DNA of 64,000 nucleotides from an uncultured Gemmatimonadaceae bacterium (GTDB lineage Bacteria > Gemmatimonadota > Gemmatimonadetes > Gemmatimonadales > Gemmatimonadaceae): contig CAWJMB010000002.1 of NCBI GenBank assembly GCA_963843845.1, positions 2,912,001 through 2,976,000 of the forward strand. The letters run 5' to 3'. Positions 10,785 to 20,274 of the stretch are shown here, in pieces. The translations under genes were made by a program, and so were the position numbers. The notes below the pieces were generated by a model. It saw only the letters and a list, made by a program, of their open reading frames with translations, did no database searches and was not told the DNA's origin. Position 1 is the stretch's first letter; each line of letters opens with the position of its first letter.

Positions 10785-12164
10785 GTGTCGGATCAGCAGA
10801 AAATCGTCATCGTCGGCGCCGGCCCCACCGGGCTGGGCGCCGCGTATCGCTTGCAGGAACTCGGGTACCGCAACTTCAAGGTGCTCGAGGCACGGCACAA
10901 AGTCGGCGGGCTCGCGTCGAGCGAGACGAGCCCGAACGGCTTCACGTACGACATCGGCGGGCACGTGCTCTTCTCGCACTACCCGTACTTCGACCGGCTG
11001 TTCGACACGCTGATGGGCGACGACTACCAGGAGCTCGTGCGCGAGGCCTGGGTGTGGATGTGCGACCGGTTCGTGCCGTACCCATTCCAGAACAACATCC
11101 GGCAACTTCCGAAAGAGGTCGTTCTCGAGTGCCTGTTGGGCCTCATCGAGGCGCAGCGGCAGCCGATCGACCTGGCGGCGATCGAGAACTTCGAGGAGCT
11201 CATTCACAAGCAGTTCGGCGCCGGCATCGCCAAGCATTTCATGATGCCGTACAACTTCAAAGTGTGGGCGCACCCGCCGCGCATGATGAACAAGGAGTGG
11301 ATCGGCGAGCGCGTGTCGACGCCGCCGATCGCGCGGGTGTTGGGCAACGTCGTCCTCGACAGGGACGACGCCGGGTGGGGGCCGAACAACACGTTCAAGT
11401 ATCCGCGCTACGGCGGGACCGGTGGGCTGTTCGAGCGGATCGTGCCCTACATCGAGGAGCACCTGTCGCTGAACACCGCGACCGTCCGCGTCGACGCCGC
11501 ACGCAAGGAAGTGGTTCTCGCCGACGGCACGCGCGAGCCGTACGATCTGCTCCTGTCGACGATGCCGCTCGACGTGCTCGTCGGCATGACCGACGGCGCG
11601 CCCGACTCGGTGCGCGACGAGTCGAAGCGGCTCCGTCACTCGGGCTCGTTCGTCGTCGGTGTCGGCGTGAACCGCCCCGCGCCGACGACGAAGTGCTGGA
11701 TCTACTATCCCGAGAGCGACGCACCGTTCTACCGCGTCACGTATCTCTCGAACTACAGCCCCGAGGTCGTCCCCGACGTCACGCGCCAGCACTCGCTGCT
11801 CGCCGAGATCTCGCACTCCGAGTTCAAGCCGGAGAACCGCGATGCGGTGATCGAGCAGACGATCCAGGGGATGCTCAACACGCGACTGCTCGAAGAGTCC
11901 GACGTCGACAGTCTCGCCGACACGTTTCTCATCGAGCGCAACTACACGTACCCGACGCCGAGTCTCGAGCGCGACGGCGCCCTGCGCGCGATCCTGCCGT
12001 GGCTCGAGTCGCAGGACGTCTACTCGCGCGGCCGCTTCGGCGCGTGGCGCTACGAAGTCGGCAACATGGACCACTCGGTCGCGCAGGGCGTCGAGTGGGT
12101 GAACCGCGCGGTGCTCGGCGAGCGCGAGGAGGAGTTGACGTATCTCGCGAAGCGGGGGTGCTGA
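10785..12164 (+). CDS. FAD-dependent oxidoreductase, likely eukaryote-type UDP-galactopyranose mutase
   Basis: GAGPTGLGAA, DIGGHVLFSHY, PYPFQNN, PYNFKVW, WGPN, RGRFGAWRYEVGNMDHS. Confidence 0.75.
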   Translation: MSDQQKIVIVGAGPTGLGAAYRLQELGYRNFKVLEARHKVGGLASSETSPNGFTYDIGGHVLFSHYPYFDRLFDTLMGDDYQELVREAWVWMCDRFVPYPFQNNIRQLPKEVVLECLLGLIEAQRQPIDLAAIENFEELIHKQFGAGIAKHFMMPYNFKVWAHPPRMMNKEWIGERVSTPPIARVLGNVVLDRDDAGWGPNNTFKYPRYGGTGGLFERIVPYIEEHLSLNTATVRVDAARKEVVLADGTREPYDLLLSTMPLDVLVGMTDGAPDSVRDESKRLRHSGSFVVGVGVNRPAPTTKCWIYYPESDAPFYRVTYLSNYSPEVVPDVTRQHSLLAEISHSEFKPENRDAVIEQTIQGMLNTRLLEESDVDSLADTFLIERNYTYPTPSLERDGALRAILPWLESQDVYSRGRFGAWRYEVGNMDHSVAQGVEWVNRAVLGEREEELTYLAKRGC

Positions 12165-12178
12165 GGGCAGCCCGGGGA

Positions 12179-12231
12179 TGCGGGGATCGAGCGTCGGGAA
12201 CGCGTCAGGCGCCCGACCCCCGATCCCCGCA
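12179..12231. terminator. Stem-loop between convergent genes
   Basis: TGCGGGGATCG...CGATCCCCGCA inverted repeat with inner GTCGGG/CCCGAC. Confidence 0.55.
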
Positions 12232-12233
12232 GT

Positions 12234-13172
12234 TCAGTGTACCGGCGCCCGCAGCGTCTTCAGGTTCGCCGCGACGATGAGCTTCAGCATCTCGCCGCAC
12301 GTCGCCGGGTCGAAGACGCGCGCCGTCGGGATGCGGATGCCAGGCACGGTGGCGTCGCCGATCCGCTGGCGCGCGCTGCGCGTCACGTAGACCGGCGCGT
12401 CGCCCGGGATGTCGCTCAGCGAGTCGCGCGCGAGCACGACCGTGCGCACGCGCGGCGCGTTGTGGCCGGCGGCCTCCTTCAGCGCCGGCTCGGTGCGCGC
12501 GTCGCTCAGGACGACATGGAGCGGCTGCGCCATCTGGAACACGTGCCAGAACGTGTCGACGTCGGGACGCAGCCCGCCGACGAGCACGTTCTTCTTCAGC
12601 GGGTCCATGACCGCGCGCAGCGGCTCGGCGAACAGCGGCTCGGTGACGACGAACTCGGTCGACGCGAGTTCGAGCGGCAGCGTGGGCACGTCGAGCACGT
12701 CTGGGGCGAACGGCACCGCGTCGACGCCGTAGCCCTCGCGCAGCTCGCCGCACAGCTCCTCGAGCTGATCGGCGGCGAGCGCGATGACGCCGACGCGCAG
12801 CCGACGCGTCGACATGCAGCGCCTGAACCACTCGCCGAAGCGGATGGCCGACACGCCGCGCTCGATTCCCGCGCTCAGCGTCTCGACGATCCACCCTTCG
12901 GCGACGACCGACGGGCCGCCGGTGATCGGGGTGCCGCCGATGACGTAGATGCCTGACCGGCGCCGGATGTCGACGATCCCTTCGCGTGCGAGGACGCGAT
13001 AGGCGGACAGCACGAGCCGCGGATCGACGTCGAACTCCGCGGCCAGGTCGCGGGCGCTCGGCAGACGATCGTTCCGATGGAGCGTGCCGGCGTTGACTCC
13101 GCCGAGCACACGCCGGCGCATGACCTCTGCGATCTCGCTCCGTCGGCCGCGTGGGGCGCTCTGCATGGGCAT
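12234..13172 (-). CDS. GntR family transcriptional regulator
   Basis: DRLPSARDLAAEFDVDPRLVLSAYRVLAREGIV wHTH. Confidence 0.85.
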   Translation of the reverse strand: MPMQSAPRGRRSEIAEVMRRRVLGGVNAGTLHRNDRLPSARDLAAEFDVDPRLVLSAYRVLAREGIVDIRRRSGIYVIGGTPITGGPSVVAEGWIVETLSAGIERGVSAIRFGEWFRRCMSTRRLRVGVIALAADQLEELCGELREGYGVDAVPFAPDVLDVPTLPLELASTEFVVTEPLFAEPLRAVMDPLKKNVLVGGLRPDVDTFWHVFQMAQPLHVVLSDARTEPALKEAAGHNAPRVRTVVLARDSLSDIPGDAPVYVTRSARQRIGDATVPGIRIPTARVFDPATCGEMLKLIVAANLKTLRAPVH

Positions 13173-13338
13173 GACTCTCTCCGCGGTGCGGGTGAAGCCA
13201 GGGGCGAGGGCGGCGGACCGATGGTCCGCCGCACCTGCGTCGGCCTGCGTGGGCCTGCGTGAAGCCGCCGTTGCACCCCTGCCGACGCAGGGTTCACCTC
13301 GTTCCGGTGCCGAGACGTTGGTGACACGATGCAACGAA

Positions 13339-13368
13339 ACAGGCGGTTCCGCCATCGGAACCGCCTGT
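13339..13368 (-). terminator. Intrinsic terminator after DEAD-box helicase
   Basis: 12-bp stem ACAGGCGGTTCC/GGAACCGCCTGT followed by TTCGTT on minus strand. Confidence 0.75.
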
Positions 13369-13399
13369 CTCCTCACGCGCGAGCCGGCCGCGAACGTGC

Positions 13400-14725
13400 T
13401 CAGCCTTGCGGCCGCCCCCCTCCCCCGCCGCGGCGGCTGCGACCGCGCGCCGGCGGGGCCGCGGCGCGAGACGCACTCGCGCCGACGAGCTGCTGCTTGC
13501 GCTCCGCCTTCTCCTTCGCGCGCTGGCGCTCCTCCGCCTTGCGCTTGCGGATCTCCGCGATGCGCTCGGCGATCGGCACTTCGAAGCGCTCGGCCGGCGC
13601 GGCGTTGTAGTCGAAGCCGGGGAGCGTGCGGCGCGGCAGGCGGCGGTTGATCGCCCGCTCGATCGCGCGCAGGTCGTTCTCTTCCTCGGGCGACACGAAC
13701 GTGATGGCATCGCCGGTCGCCTCGGCCCGCGCGGTGCGGCCGACGCGGTGGATGTAGTCCTCCGGCATGTGCGGCACGTCGAAGTTGACGACGTGGCTCA
13801 GCTCCTCGACGTCGATGCCGCGGGCGACGATGTCGGTCGCGACGAGCACCTGCACGCGCCCGCTCTTGAAGCCGTCGAGCGCCTGCGTGCGCTGCCCCTG
13901 CGAGCGGTTGCCGTGAATGCGCTCGCACGACACGCCGTGGCGCGTCAGGAAGTCGAACAGCCGGTTCGAGCGGTGCTTGGTGCGCGTGAAGACGATGACG
14001 TCCTTCACCTCGCCGCGGCGGATCAGCTCGAGGAAGAGCTGCGCCTTGAGCGTCTCGCGTACCGGGAAGAGCGTCTGCTCGACGCCGGTCGCCGGCGCCG
14101 ACTTCCGCTCCTGGTTGATCGCGACCGGATCGTGCAGCAGGTCGCGCGACAGCCGCGCGATCGGATCGGGCATGGTCGCCGAGAAGAGCATCGTCTGCTT
14201 CTTCGCGGGGAGCTGGGCGAGCACCCGCTTGATGTCGGGGAGGAAGCCCATGTCGAGCATCCGGTCCGCCTCGTCGAGCACGAGGATCTCGATGTTCTTG
14301 AGGCTCGCGTACGGCATGCGCAGGTGATCGAGCAGCCGCCCCGGCGTCGCGACGAGAATGTCGACGCCGCGGCGGAACGCCGCCTCCTGCGGCCCCATCC
14401 CGACCCCGCCGAAGATCGCCGCACCGCGCACCGGCGTGTGCACCGCGAGCGAACGCAGGTGCTCTTCGATCTGCGCCGCCAGCTCACGCGTCGGCGTGAG
14501 GATCAGCGCGCGCGTCGTGCCGCGCGGGCGGTCGGCGAGGCGCTGCACGATCGGAAGGAGGAACGCGGCCGTCTTCCCGCTCCCGGTCATCGCGCAGGCG
14601 ATCACGTCGCGGCCGTCGAGCGCCGGAGGGACCGCTTGCTGCTGAATCGGGGTCGGGGTGTCGAAGCCCATGTCCTGCACGCCGCGGAGCAGGGAGGGAA
14701 GGAGGCCGAAGCTGGAAAACGACAT
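13400..14725 (-). CDS. DEAD-box RNA helicase (RhlE-like)
   Basis: PTPIQ, TGSGKT, PTRELA, DEAD, SAT, ARGID, HRVGRTAR. Confidence 0.95.
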   Translation of the reverse strand: MSFSSFGLLPSLLRGVQDMGFDTPTPIQQQAVPPALDGRDVIACAMTGSGKTAAFLLPIVQRLADRPRGTTRALILTPTRELAAQIEEHLRSLAVHTPVRGAAIFGGVGMGPQEAAFRRGVDILVATPGRLLDHLRMPYASLKNIEILVLDEADRMLDMGFLPDIKRVLAQLPAKKQTMLFSATMPDPIARLSRDLLHDPVAINQERKSAPATGVEQTLFPVRETLKAQLFLELIRRGEVKDVIVFTRTKHRSNRLFDFLTRHGVSCERIHGNRSQGQRTQALDGFKSGRVQVLVATDIVARGIDVEELSHVVNFDVPHMPEDYIHRVGRTARAEATGDAITFVSPEEENDLRAIERAINRRLPRRTLPGFDYNAAPAERFEVPIAERIAEIRKRKAEERQRAKEKAERKQQLVGASASRAAAPPARGRSRRGGGGGRPQG

Positions 14726-14833
14726 CAGGTGGGATACAGGGTGACATACGAACGCGCGCCATCGGGAAGCCCGAGCGGCGCGCTGGTCCGTGAGGTAAAT
14801 CTAATGAACTCAATTACTTAGTTGCACCCCACC

Positions 14834-14956
14834 GTGCCAGAATCCGCGCCCGATCCCGTCGACCGCCCGCCGCCGCGTGGCTGCCACCCGCTCGTGTTCG
14901 GCATCGTGATGGCGACGATCCAGATGGGGGTGCTGCTCTATCTCATGCGCTGCTGA
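14834..14956 (+). CDS. Small 40-aa single-pass membrane protein
   Basis: Manual: (M)PESAPDPVDRPPPRGCHPLVFGIVMATIQMGVLLYLMRC*; GC3-rich codons; not in ORF track. Confidence 0.5.
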   Translation: MPESAPDPVDRPPPRGCHPLVFGIVMATIQMGVLLYLMRC

Positions 14957-17088
14957 CCGCGCCCGGTGTGCAGGTCGACGCCGATGTACAGCGTGCGCGG
15001 CGCCCCGGGCTCGAAGTAGCGCGCGCCGGCGGCGTTCGCCGTCACCGACGTGACGTAGCGTGCGTCGAGCACATTCGTCACCCCGCCGAACGGCGCGACG
15101 CTGGCCCCCGCCACGCGCAACGCGCCGCTCGTCGCCCGCAGGTCGACGAGGGTGTAACCGGCGGACGAGAAGCGGTTCGCATCGTTCGCCGGCATCCGGT
15201 CCTGGGCGCGCAGGTCGGCGGCGATCAGCGCGCGGTTGCCCGCGAGTCGCCACAGCGCGCCGAAGTCGAAGCGGCGCGGCGCGACGCCGGGAATGCGGCG
15301 CCCGGCGTACGACGTGTCGCGCACGACGTACTCGGTGAAGCGCGCGTCGACGAGTGTGTAGGCGGCGCGCATCGTCACGTCGCGCACCGACGCCTCCGCC
15401 GCCGCCTCGACGCCGCGGTGACGCGCTCGGCCGGCGTTCCGATAGAACTGTCGTCCGGCGGCGCCGGGCACCTCGAACGGCACGAGCGCGTCGCGCACGC
15501 GCGTCGAGTACGCCGCGAGCTGCCACGTCGCGGCGCCGGCGGTGCCCAACGGCATGGCGCCTTTCGCGCCGACTTCGACGTTGCGCGCGCGCTGCGGGTC
15601 GAGCTCGGGGTTCAGCCCGCCGGCGCCGGTCGGGCGGTTCGCCAGCTCGGTCGTCGTCGGCGTCTCGAACGAGGTGCCGACGTTCGCGTACACGGTCGCC
15701 CGCCTCGACAGGGCGACGCTCGCGCCGAGCGACGGAGTCGCCGCGGTCAGTGTGCGCTCGCCCGAGTCGTCCGCGTTCGTCGGCGTGACGAACCGGTCGG
15801 CCGCGGCGAAGCGCGTGCGGTCGACGCGGATGCCGCCGAGCGCCGTCACCCGACCGATCGTCGCGTCGCTCTGCGCGAACAGCGCCGTGTTCGTCACGCG
15901 CTCGAGCTGATCGAGCGTGCGGGCGCCGCGGACGCCCTGCGCGTTCGCGTAGTTCTGCCGGTCGTCGCGCTGCCGCTGCGCTTCGCCGCCGAACGTCAGG
16001 CGCGCGGCGACGGGCCGCGGCAGCGCGACGACGCCCGCGGCATCGGACGTGCCCCCCGTGGTCGCGGTCCACGCCGCACGCACGCCGCCGGCGCGCCGGT
16101 CGAGCGCGACGATCGTCGTCGGGATCGGGTTCGTGAGGCGGCGGCGGAGCCCCCACGCCGACGCGTCGACCGTGCCGGTGCCTAACGCTCGGCGCCAGCG
16201 GAGTCCGAGCTGGGCGTGATCGCCGCGCTCTCCCGTCTGCTGCCGCACGTTGTTCGCGAACGCCATCGTGCGATCGACCCGGAGCAGCGAGTCGGTGAGC
16301 CCGCCCGGGTTGCGCGCGTCGTAGTCGACCCACGCGCCGCTCGCCCGCCACGCGCCGAGCCCACGCTCCGCGCCGCCCGCGTCGACGCGCCCGCCGACGC
16401 GCGTGCTGCGCTGGCGGCTCCACGCGCGGAACCCGTCATAGTCGACGCGCGACCCGTCGACGGTCCACCCGACGCTGCTCGCGCGTCCACCGATCGCCCC
16501 CTGCACGCGCGACAACCCGTTCCCGCCGCCCAACGCGCGCAGCGACAGGTCGATCGCCGAGTCGGGCGCAGGCCCACGGTCGAGCAGCACGACGCCGCCC
16601 GCCGCGTTGCCGTAGAGCGCCGACGCGGGCCCGCGCTCGACTTCGACGGTGCTCAGCGCGCCGAGGTCGACGTGGTTCAGCGTCGTCTGCCCGTCGGGCA
16701 TCGTCGCCGGGACGCCGTCCGCGATGACCTTCACGCCGCGCACGCCGAACTGCGTGCGCGCGCCGAAGCCGCGGATCGAGATGCGCTCGCCCAGCGCCGC
16801 GTTGAAGCGGTTGTCGGTCTGCACCCCGGGGATGCCGCGCAGCGCCTCGTCGGCGGCGAGCCCGGCGCGCGCCGTCTGCACCGCGTCGCGTCCGAGCGTC
16901 GTGACGGCGAACGGCGCGCGCACGACCGGGAGCGTCGTGCGCAGCACCGTCGTCACGACCGGCGCGAGGCGGGCGGCCCCGGCGCGGGCCGCGCTGTCGG
17001 CCCTGACGCTGTCCGCTCGGCTCTGCGCGCCCACGACGCAGGGCGCCGCGAGCGCGAGCCACGCCGCCGCCACGGTCCGCCGCGTCAT
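14938..17088 (-). CDS. TonB-dependent receptor
   Basis: Signal peptide; ISIRGFG, DGVP, VERGPASALYG plug; NVLDARY...PGAPRTLY C-terminus. Confidence 0.92.
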   Translation of the reverse strand: MTRRTVAAAWLALAAPCVVGAQSRADSVRADSAARAGAARLAPVVTTVLRTTLPVVRAPFAVTTLGRDAVQTARAGLAADEALRGIPGVQTDNRFNAALGERISIRGFGARTQFGVRGVKVIADGVPATMPDGQTTLNHVDLGALSTVEVERGPASALYGNAAGGVVLLDRGPAPDSAIDLSLRALGGGNGLSRVQGAIGGRASSVGWTVDGSRVDYDGFRAWSRQRSTRVGGRVDAGGAERGLGAWRASGAWVDYDARNPGGLTDSLLRVDRTMAFANNVRQQTGERGDHAQLGLRWRRALGTGTVDASAWGLRRRLTNPIPTTIVALDRRAGGVRAAWTATTGGTSDAAGVVALPRPVAARLTFGGEAQRQRDDRQNYANAQGVRGARTLDQLERVTNTALFAQSDATIGRVTALGGIRVDRTRFAAADRFVTPTNADDSGERTLTAATPSLGASVALSRRATVYANVGTSFETPTTTELANRPTGAGGLNPELDPQRARNVEVGAKGAMPLGTAGAATWQLAAYSTRVRDALVPFEVPGAAGRQFYRNAGRARHRGVEAAAEASVRDVTMRAAYTLVDARFTEYVVRDTSYAGRRIPGVAPRRFDFGALWRLAGNRALIAADLRAQDRMPANDANRFSSAGYTLVDLRATSGALRVAGASVAPFGGVTNVLDARYVTSVTANAAGARYFEPGAPRTLYIGVDLHTGRGQQRMR

Positions 17089-17528
17089 CCGACGCGCCCG
17101 AGTCGTTGCAGCCGACGCCAGTCGAGCCACACGAGCAGCGCGCACAGCGTGATCGTCACCGCCGAGACGGCGCACCATGGACAGAACCCGCGCAGGATGA
17201 TGAACTCCGCGTACTTGAGGCGCACGGTGAACGCGAGCGCCGGGAAGATGAGGGCGGTGAGCGCGAACGTCGGCCACCGCGCGTCCTCCCACCGCGGAGT
17301 GGTGCCCAACAACGCGACGACGAACAGTGCGGCGTATCCGATGGCTCCGATCAGCGCGACGTCGACGCCGAGGAACCAGCCGTAGCGGCTTCCCTGGACG
17401 TACTCGCAGCCGCGCGACCCGCCCGTGCAGGCGAGCGTGCCGGCGAGGCCCAGCTTCCACAGATGGAGGTAGAGCGCGACGAGCCCCGAGACGAGGCTGC
17501 CGAGCGCGATCGACATGCGGTAGATCAT
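17085..17528 (-). CDS. Vitamin K epoxide reductase (VKOR) family protein
   Basis: C-x6-C..V.GS.Y loop and CPWC; 4 TM. Confidence 0.88.
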   Translation of the reverse strand: MIYRMSIALGSLVSGLVALYLHLWKLGLAGTLACTGGSRGCEYVQGSRYGWFLGVDVALIGAIGYAALFVVALLGTTPRWEDARWPTFALTALIFPALAFTVRLKYAEFIILRGFCPWCAVSAVTITLCALLVWLDWRRLQRLGRVG

Positions 17529-18454
17529 GGCCGAAGGTTACCCGCCTGCCGCGCGTCCCACCACGACTTCACCGCCGCACCGAGCACGATGACCGAGCCA
17601 CCGGCGAGCGCGAGCGAGGACGGTCGCTCGCGCTGTACGAGCCACGCCCAGAGCGGATTCAGCGCCGGCTCGACGAGCAGGATCGTCGACGCCTCGAGCG
17701 CCGGGACGTGCGGCATCGCGGCGGTCATGAGCAGGTACGCGAACCCGATCTGCACGGCGCCGAGGTAGAGCAGCGCGAGCAGATCGGACGGCGCGACGTG
17801 CGCGATCGGCAGCGCGAGCGGGAGCGTGGCGAGGCAGCAGATCACGTTCCCCGCGACGAGCACGACGACGCCGTCGCCACCGTCGCCACCGTCGCCACCG
17901 TCGCCACCGTCGCTCCGGCCGCGCTCGCGGCCGTCGCGCGGATCGTTCGCGCGCCCGAGCCACCGCAGGCCGAGCACGACGGCCGCGTAGCAGGCGCCGC
18001 TCACGGCGGCGAGCAGATTCCCGCGCGCCGGATCGGGCGCCGTCACCTGCGGCGGTTCGGCGCCGACGAAGAACAGGAGCATGCCGGCGGCGATGACGCC
18101 CATGAACGCGACGTCGGCCGCGGTCACGCGCTCGCCCAACAGGAGCGGGCCGGCGAGCAGCACCCACAGCGGCGCCGTCGCCTGGAGGAAGATCGCGTTC
18201 GCTGCCGTCGTCAGCTTCGTCGCCGTCACGAACAGCACCATCGTCGCCGCGAACGCGACGCTGATGAGCAGCACGCGCGGCGTCCACCGGCGGCGCGAGG
18301 CGGGCACGAGCGCCAGCACCGCGAGCGCCGCGACGGCCGAGCGCAGACACGACAGTTGCCACGCCGAGAGCGAGACCGCTTTGATGGCCGCGCCGCCCGT
18401 CGAGAACAGCACCGCCGTTCCCACGAGGCGCAGCCGCGCGCCGAGTCGCGTCAT
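17525..18454 (-). CDS. DMT/EamA transporter
   Basis: About 10 TM; AANAIFLQATAP, LVEPALNPLW. Confidence 0.88.
   Translation of the reverse strand: MTRLGARLRLVGTAVLFSTGGAAIKAVSLSAWQLSCLRSAVAALAVLALVPASRRRWTPRVLLISVAFAATMVLFVTATKLTTAANAIFLQATAPLWVLLAGPLLLGERVTAADVAFMGVIAAGMLLFFVGAEPPQVTAPDPARGNLLAAVSGACYAAVVLGLRWLGRANDPRDGRERGRSDGGDGGDGGDGGDGVVVLVAGNVICCLATLPLALPIAHVAPSDLLALLYLGAVQIGFAYLLMTAAMPHVPALEASTILLVEPALNPLWAWLVQRERPSSLALAGGSVIVLGAAVKSWWDARQAGNLRP
17871..17913 (-). repeat. 9-bp tandem repeat (CCGTCGCCA x4+) encoding GGD repeats
   Basis: Read directly; loop of the DMT transporter. Confidence 0.9.
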
Positions 18455-18539
18455 CGAAGCCGCGTCATGCGAGTGCGGTGTTGGCGGGGCAGCACATGAG
18501 CGCGCAAGCTAGCGACCGGCGCACCCCGAAGAAAAACCG

Positions 18540-18568
18540 TTGACACGCCCACGAGCGTGCCCTATCGT
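18540..18568 (+). promoter_or_regulatory. Sigma70 promoter TTGACA-N17-TATCGT
   Basis: Perfect -35, 17-nt spacer, A-tract upstream, 8 nt before ATG 18577. Confidence 0.75.
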
Positions 18569-18576
18569 CGACCGCA

Positions 18577-19473
18577 ATGCCGCTTCACGACGCGATCCGC
18601 ACGACGCCACCGCGACGCCCCACCGCCGCCGCGCTCGCGACGTTCGCGGCCGCGGCGCTCGCGGAGACCGAGCTGCCCGACGGCGAGGTGCCGGACGCGG
18701 TGCCGCACTCGCTCGTCGAGCTCCTCGAGCGGATCGTCGCCGCGATCGACGACGACCCGCTCGGGCGGCGGCTACGGCTGTCGCTGCTGACGACCGTGCA
18801 GACGGCGGCGGCGGAAGCGGGGCGCTCGCTGCCGATCGGCGTGCACGAACTGCGGGCGCGCGTGCTGCGCGGGTCGGTCGCGTGGGTCGGCAGTGGCGCG
18901 ACGATCGTCGACGACGATCCGGCGGCGGCGACGCGCGAGGCGTTGAGCGCGGTGGCCTCGGCGATCCGGGTCGTGCAGCGACAGCACGCGTCGGTCGGGG
19001 GGTATGACGACCTGTTCGCGCCGTTGCACGACGAGGCGCTGAGCGTGATGCTGCGCCGCGCGGCCGCTGCGGTGCGCGGCGTCGCGTTGGGCGGCACGAG
19101 TGGCTGCGTCGTGACGCCGCCGATCTACGGAAGGCATCTCGTGTTGTGCGACGCCGAGTCGACCGGGGACAGCCGACGACTCGCGTTGCGCCGCGCGCTG
19201 GCGCACATCGCCTGCGGCCACGTCGGCGAGCACGCCGCGCTCCCCTTTCCCGAGCCGCCGCCGGCCGCGCGCGCGGCCGACCTGTTCGCGCTCGCCGACC
19301 TCGTTCCCTTCTGGCAGATCCACGAGTGGCGGCGCGGCGCGCGACTCGGGTGGCGGCGCGTCATGCAGGAAGTCGCGGCCCATGCGGCCGCGCTCGCCGG
19401 CGACTGGGACGCCGCGCGCGCCGACGAGGCGGGGCGGCTGCGCGTGCTGCTGTATCGAGAGCACGGACTCTAG
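18577..19473 (+). CDS. Hypothetical protein with degenerate ImmA/IrrE-like region
   Basis: RRLALRRALAHIACGH...ADLFA resembles RRRFTLAHELGH...ADxFA. Confidence 0.55.
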   Translation: MPLHDAIRTTPPRRPTAAALATFAAAALAETELPDGEVPDAVPHSLVELLERIVAAIDDDPLGRRLRLSLLTTVQTAAAEAGRSLPIGVHELRARVLRGSVAWVGSGATIVDDDPAAATREALSAVASAIRVVQRQHASVGGYDDLFAPLHDEALSVMLRRAAAAVRGVALGGTSGCVVTPPIYGRHLVLCDAESTGDSRRLALRRALAHIACGHVGEHAALPFPEPPPAARAADLFALADLVPFWQIHEWRRGARLGWRRVMQEVAAHAAALAGDWDAARADEAGRLRVLLYREHGL

Positions 19474-19692
19474 AGGCGCGACCGCAGTCGAGCCGGCGCC
19501 CCGACGCGTCGATCCGCTGCTTGCTTGCTCTCGCGGAAGCGGTTCGTACGCTTCGTCCCAGCGCAAGGGTAAATCGTCGGCGCCCGGTTGCTTGAATCAC
19601 GTTCGCCAACGATCTTGCCGCGTCGCGGCGTGTGGTCGTCGTCGAATCGCCGCCGTCGCTGCCTCTCCTGCCTTTCCCCGCCTTGAGCCGTC

Positions 19693-20250
19693 GTGAGCTC
19701 TCCCCTGCCACCTGAACCGTCGGGCGACGCGTCAGTCGCCAACCCGGCCGACATCGTTCGGCATCGGACCGAGCGTGACGCGCAGGGCCGCGTGTGGCGG
19801 TTCGTCTACGATCCGGCGGCGCAGGACCCGATCGCTCCCAGCGGCTTCGTCCGACTGCGCTGCACGACGGGAACGGCGCGCGCGGTGCTCGTCGTGCGCG
19901 CCGACTGGCTCGGATGGCCCCGCCAGACGCTGCTCGACGAGCTCGCGGCGGCGCTCCAGCTCCAGCGCGGCAACGGCCACGCGGCAGCGGTCACCGCGGG
20001 TCGCACCCAGCCGATCCCCGAGCGGCAGATCGCTCGTCGCCGCCTCGTGAAGGACGTGCGCGGCACGTCGTGGAACTGCGTCTACGATCCGGCGACCCCG
20101 ACGCAGCCGGCCGACGAATCGCTCGTCGTCGTGCGCTGCGCGGCCGGGCGCGACCGACTCGAGCTCGTGCTCGAGGCGACGTGGCACCGCCTCGGCGACA
20201 AGCAGCTCGCGGCGCTCATCATGCAGGCGATCGAGGCGCGGAAGCGCTGA
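19693..20250 (+). CDS. Hypothetical protein with two tandem ~70-aa repeats
   Basis: RD..G..W..VYDPA...RC..G..R..LV..A.W at aa ~22-88 and ~114-180. Confidence 0.7.
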   Translation: MSSPLPPEPSGDASVANPADIVRHRTERDAQGRVWRFVYDPAAQDPIAPSGFVRLRCTTGTARAVLVVRADWLGWPRQTLLDELAAALQLQRGNGHAAAVTAGRTQPIPERQIARRRLVKDVRGTSWNCVYDPATPTQPADESLVVVRCAAGRDRLELVLEATWHRLGDKQLAALIMQAIEARKR

Positions 20251-20274
20251 CCGCGTGCCGACCGGCGGAGCGGC

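Noticed and set aside
6545..17913. Short tandem repeats as CRISPR or phase-variation tracts
   Set aside because: In-frame 12-bp and 9-bp units without spacers, encoding linker residues; no cas genes
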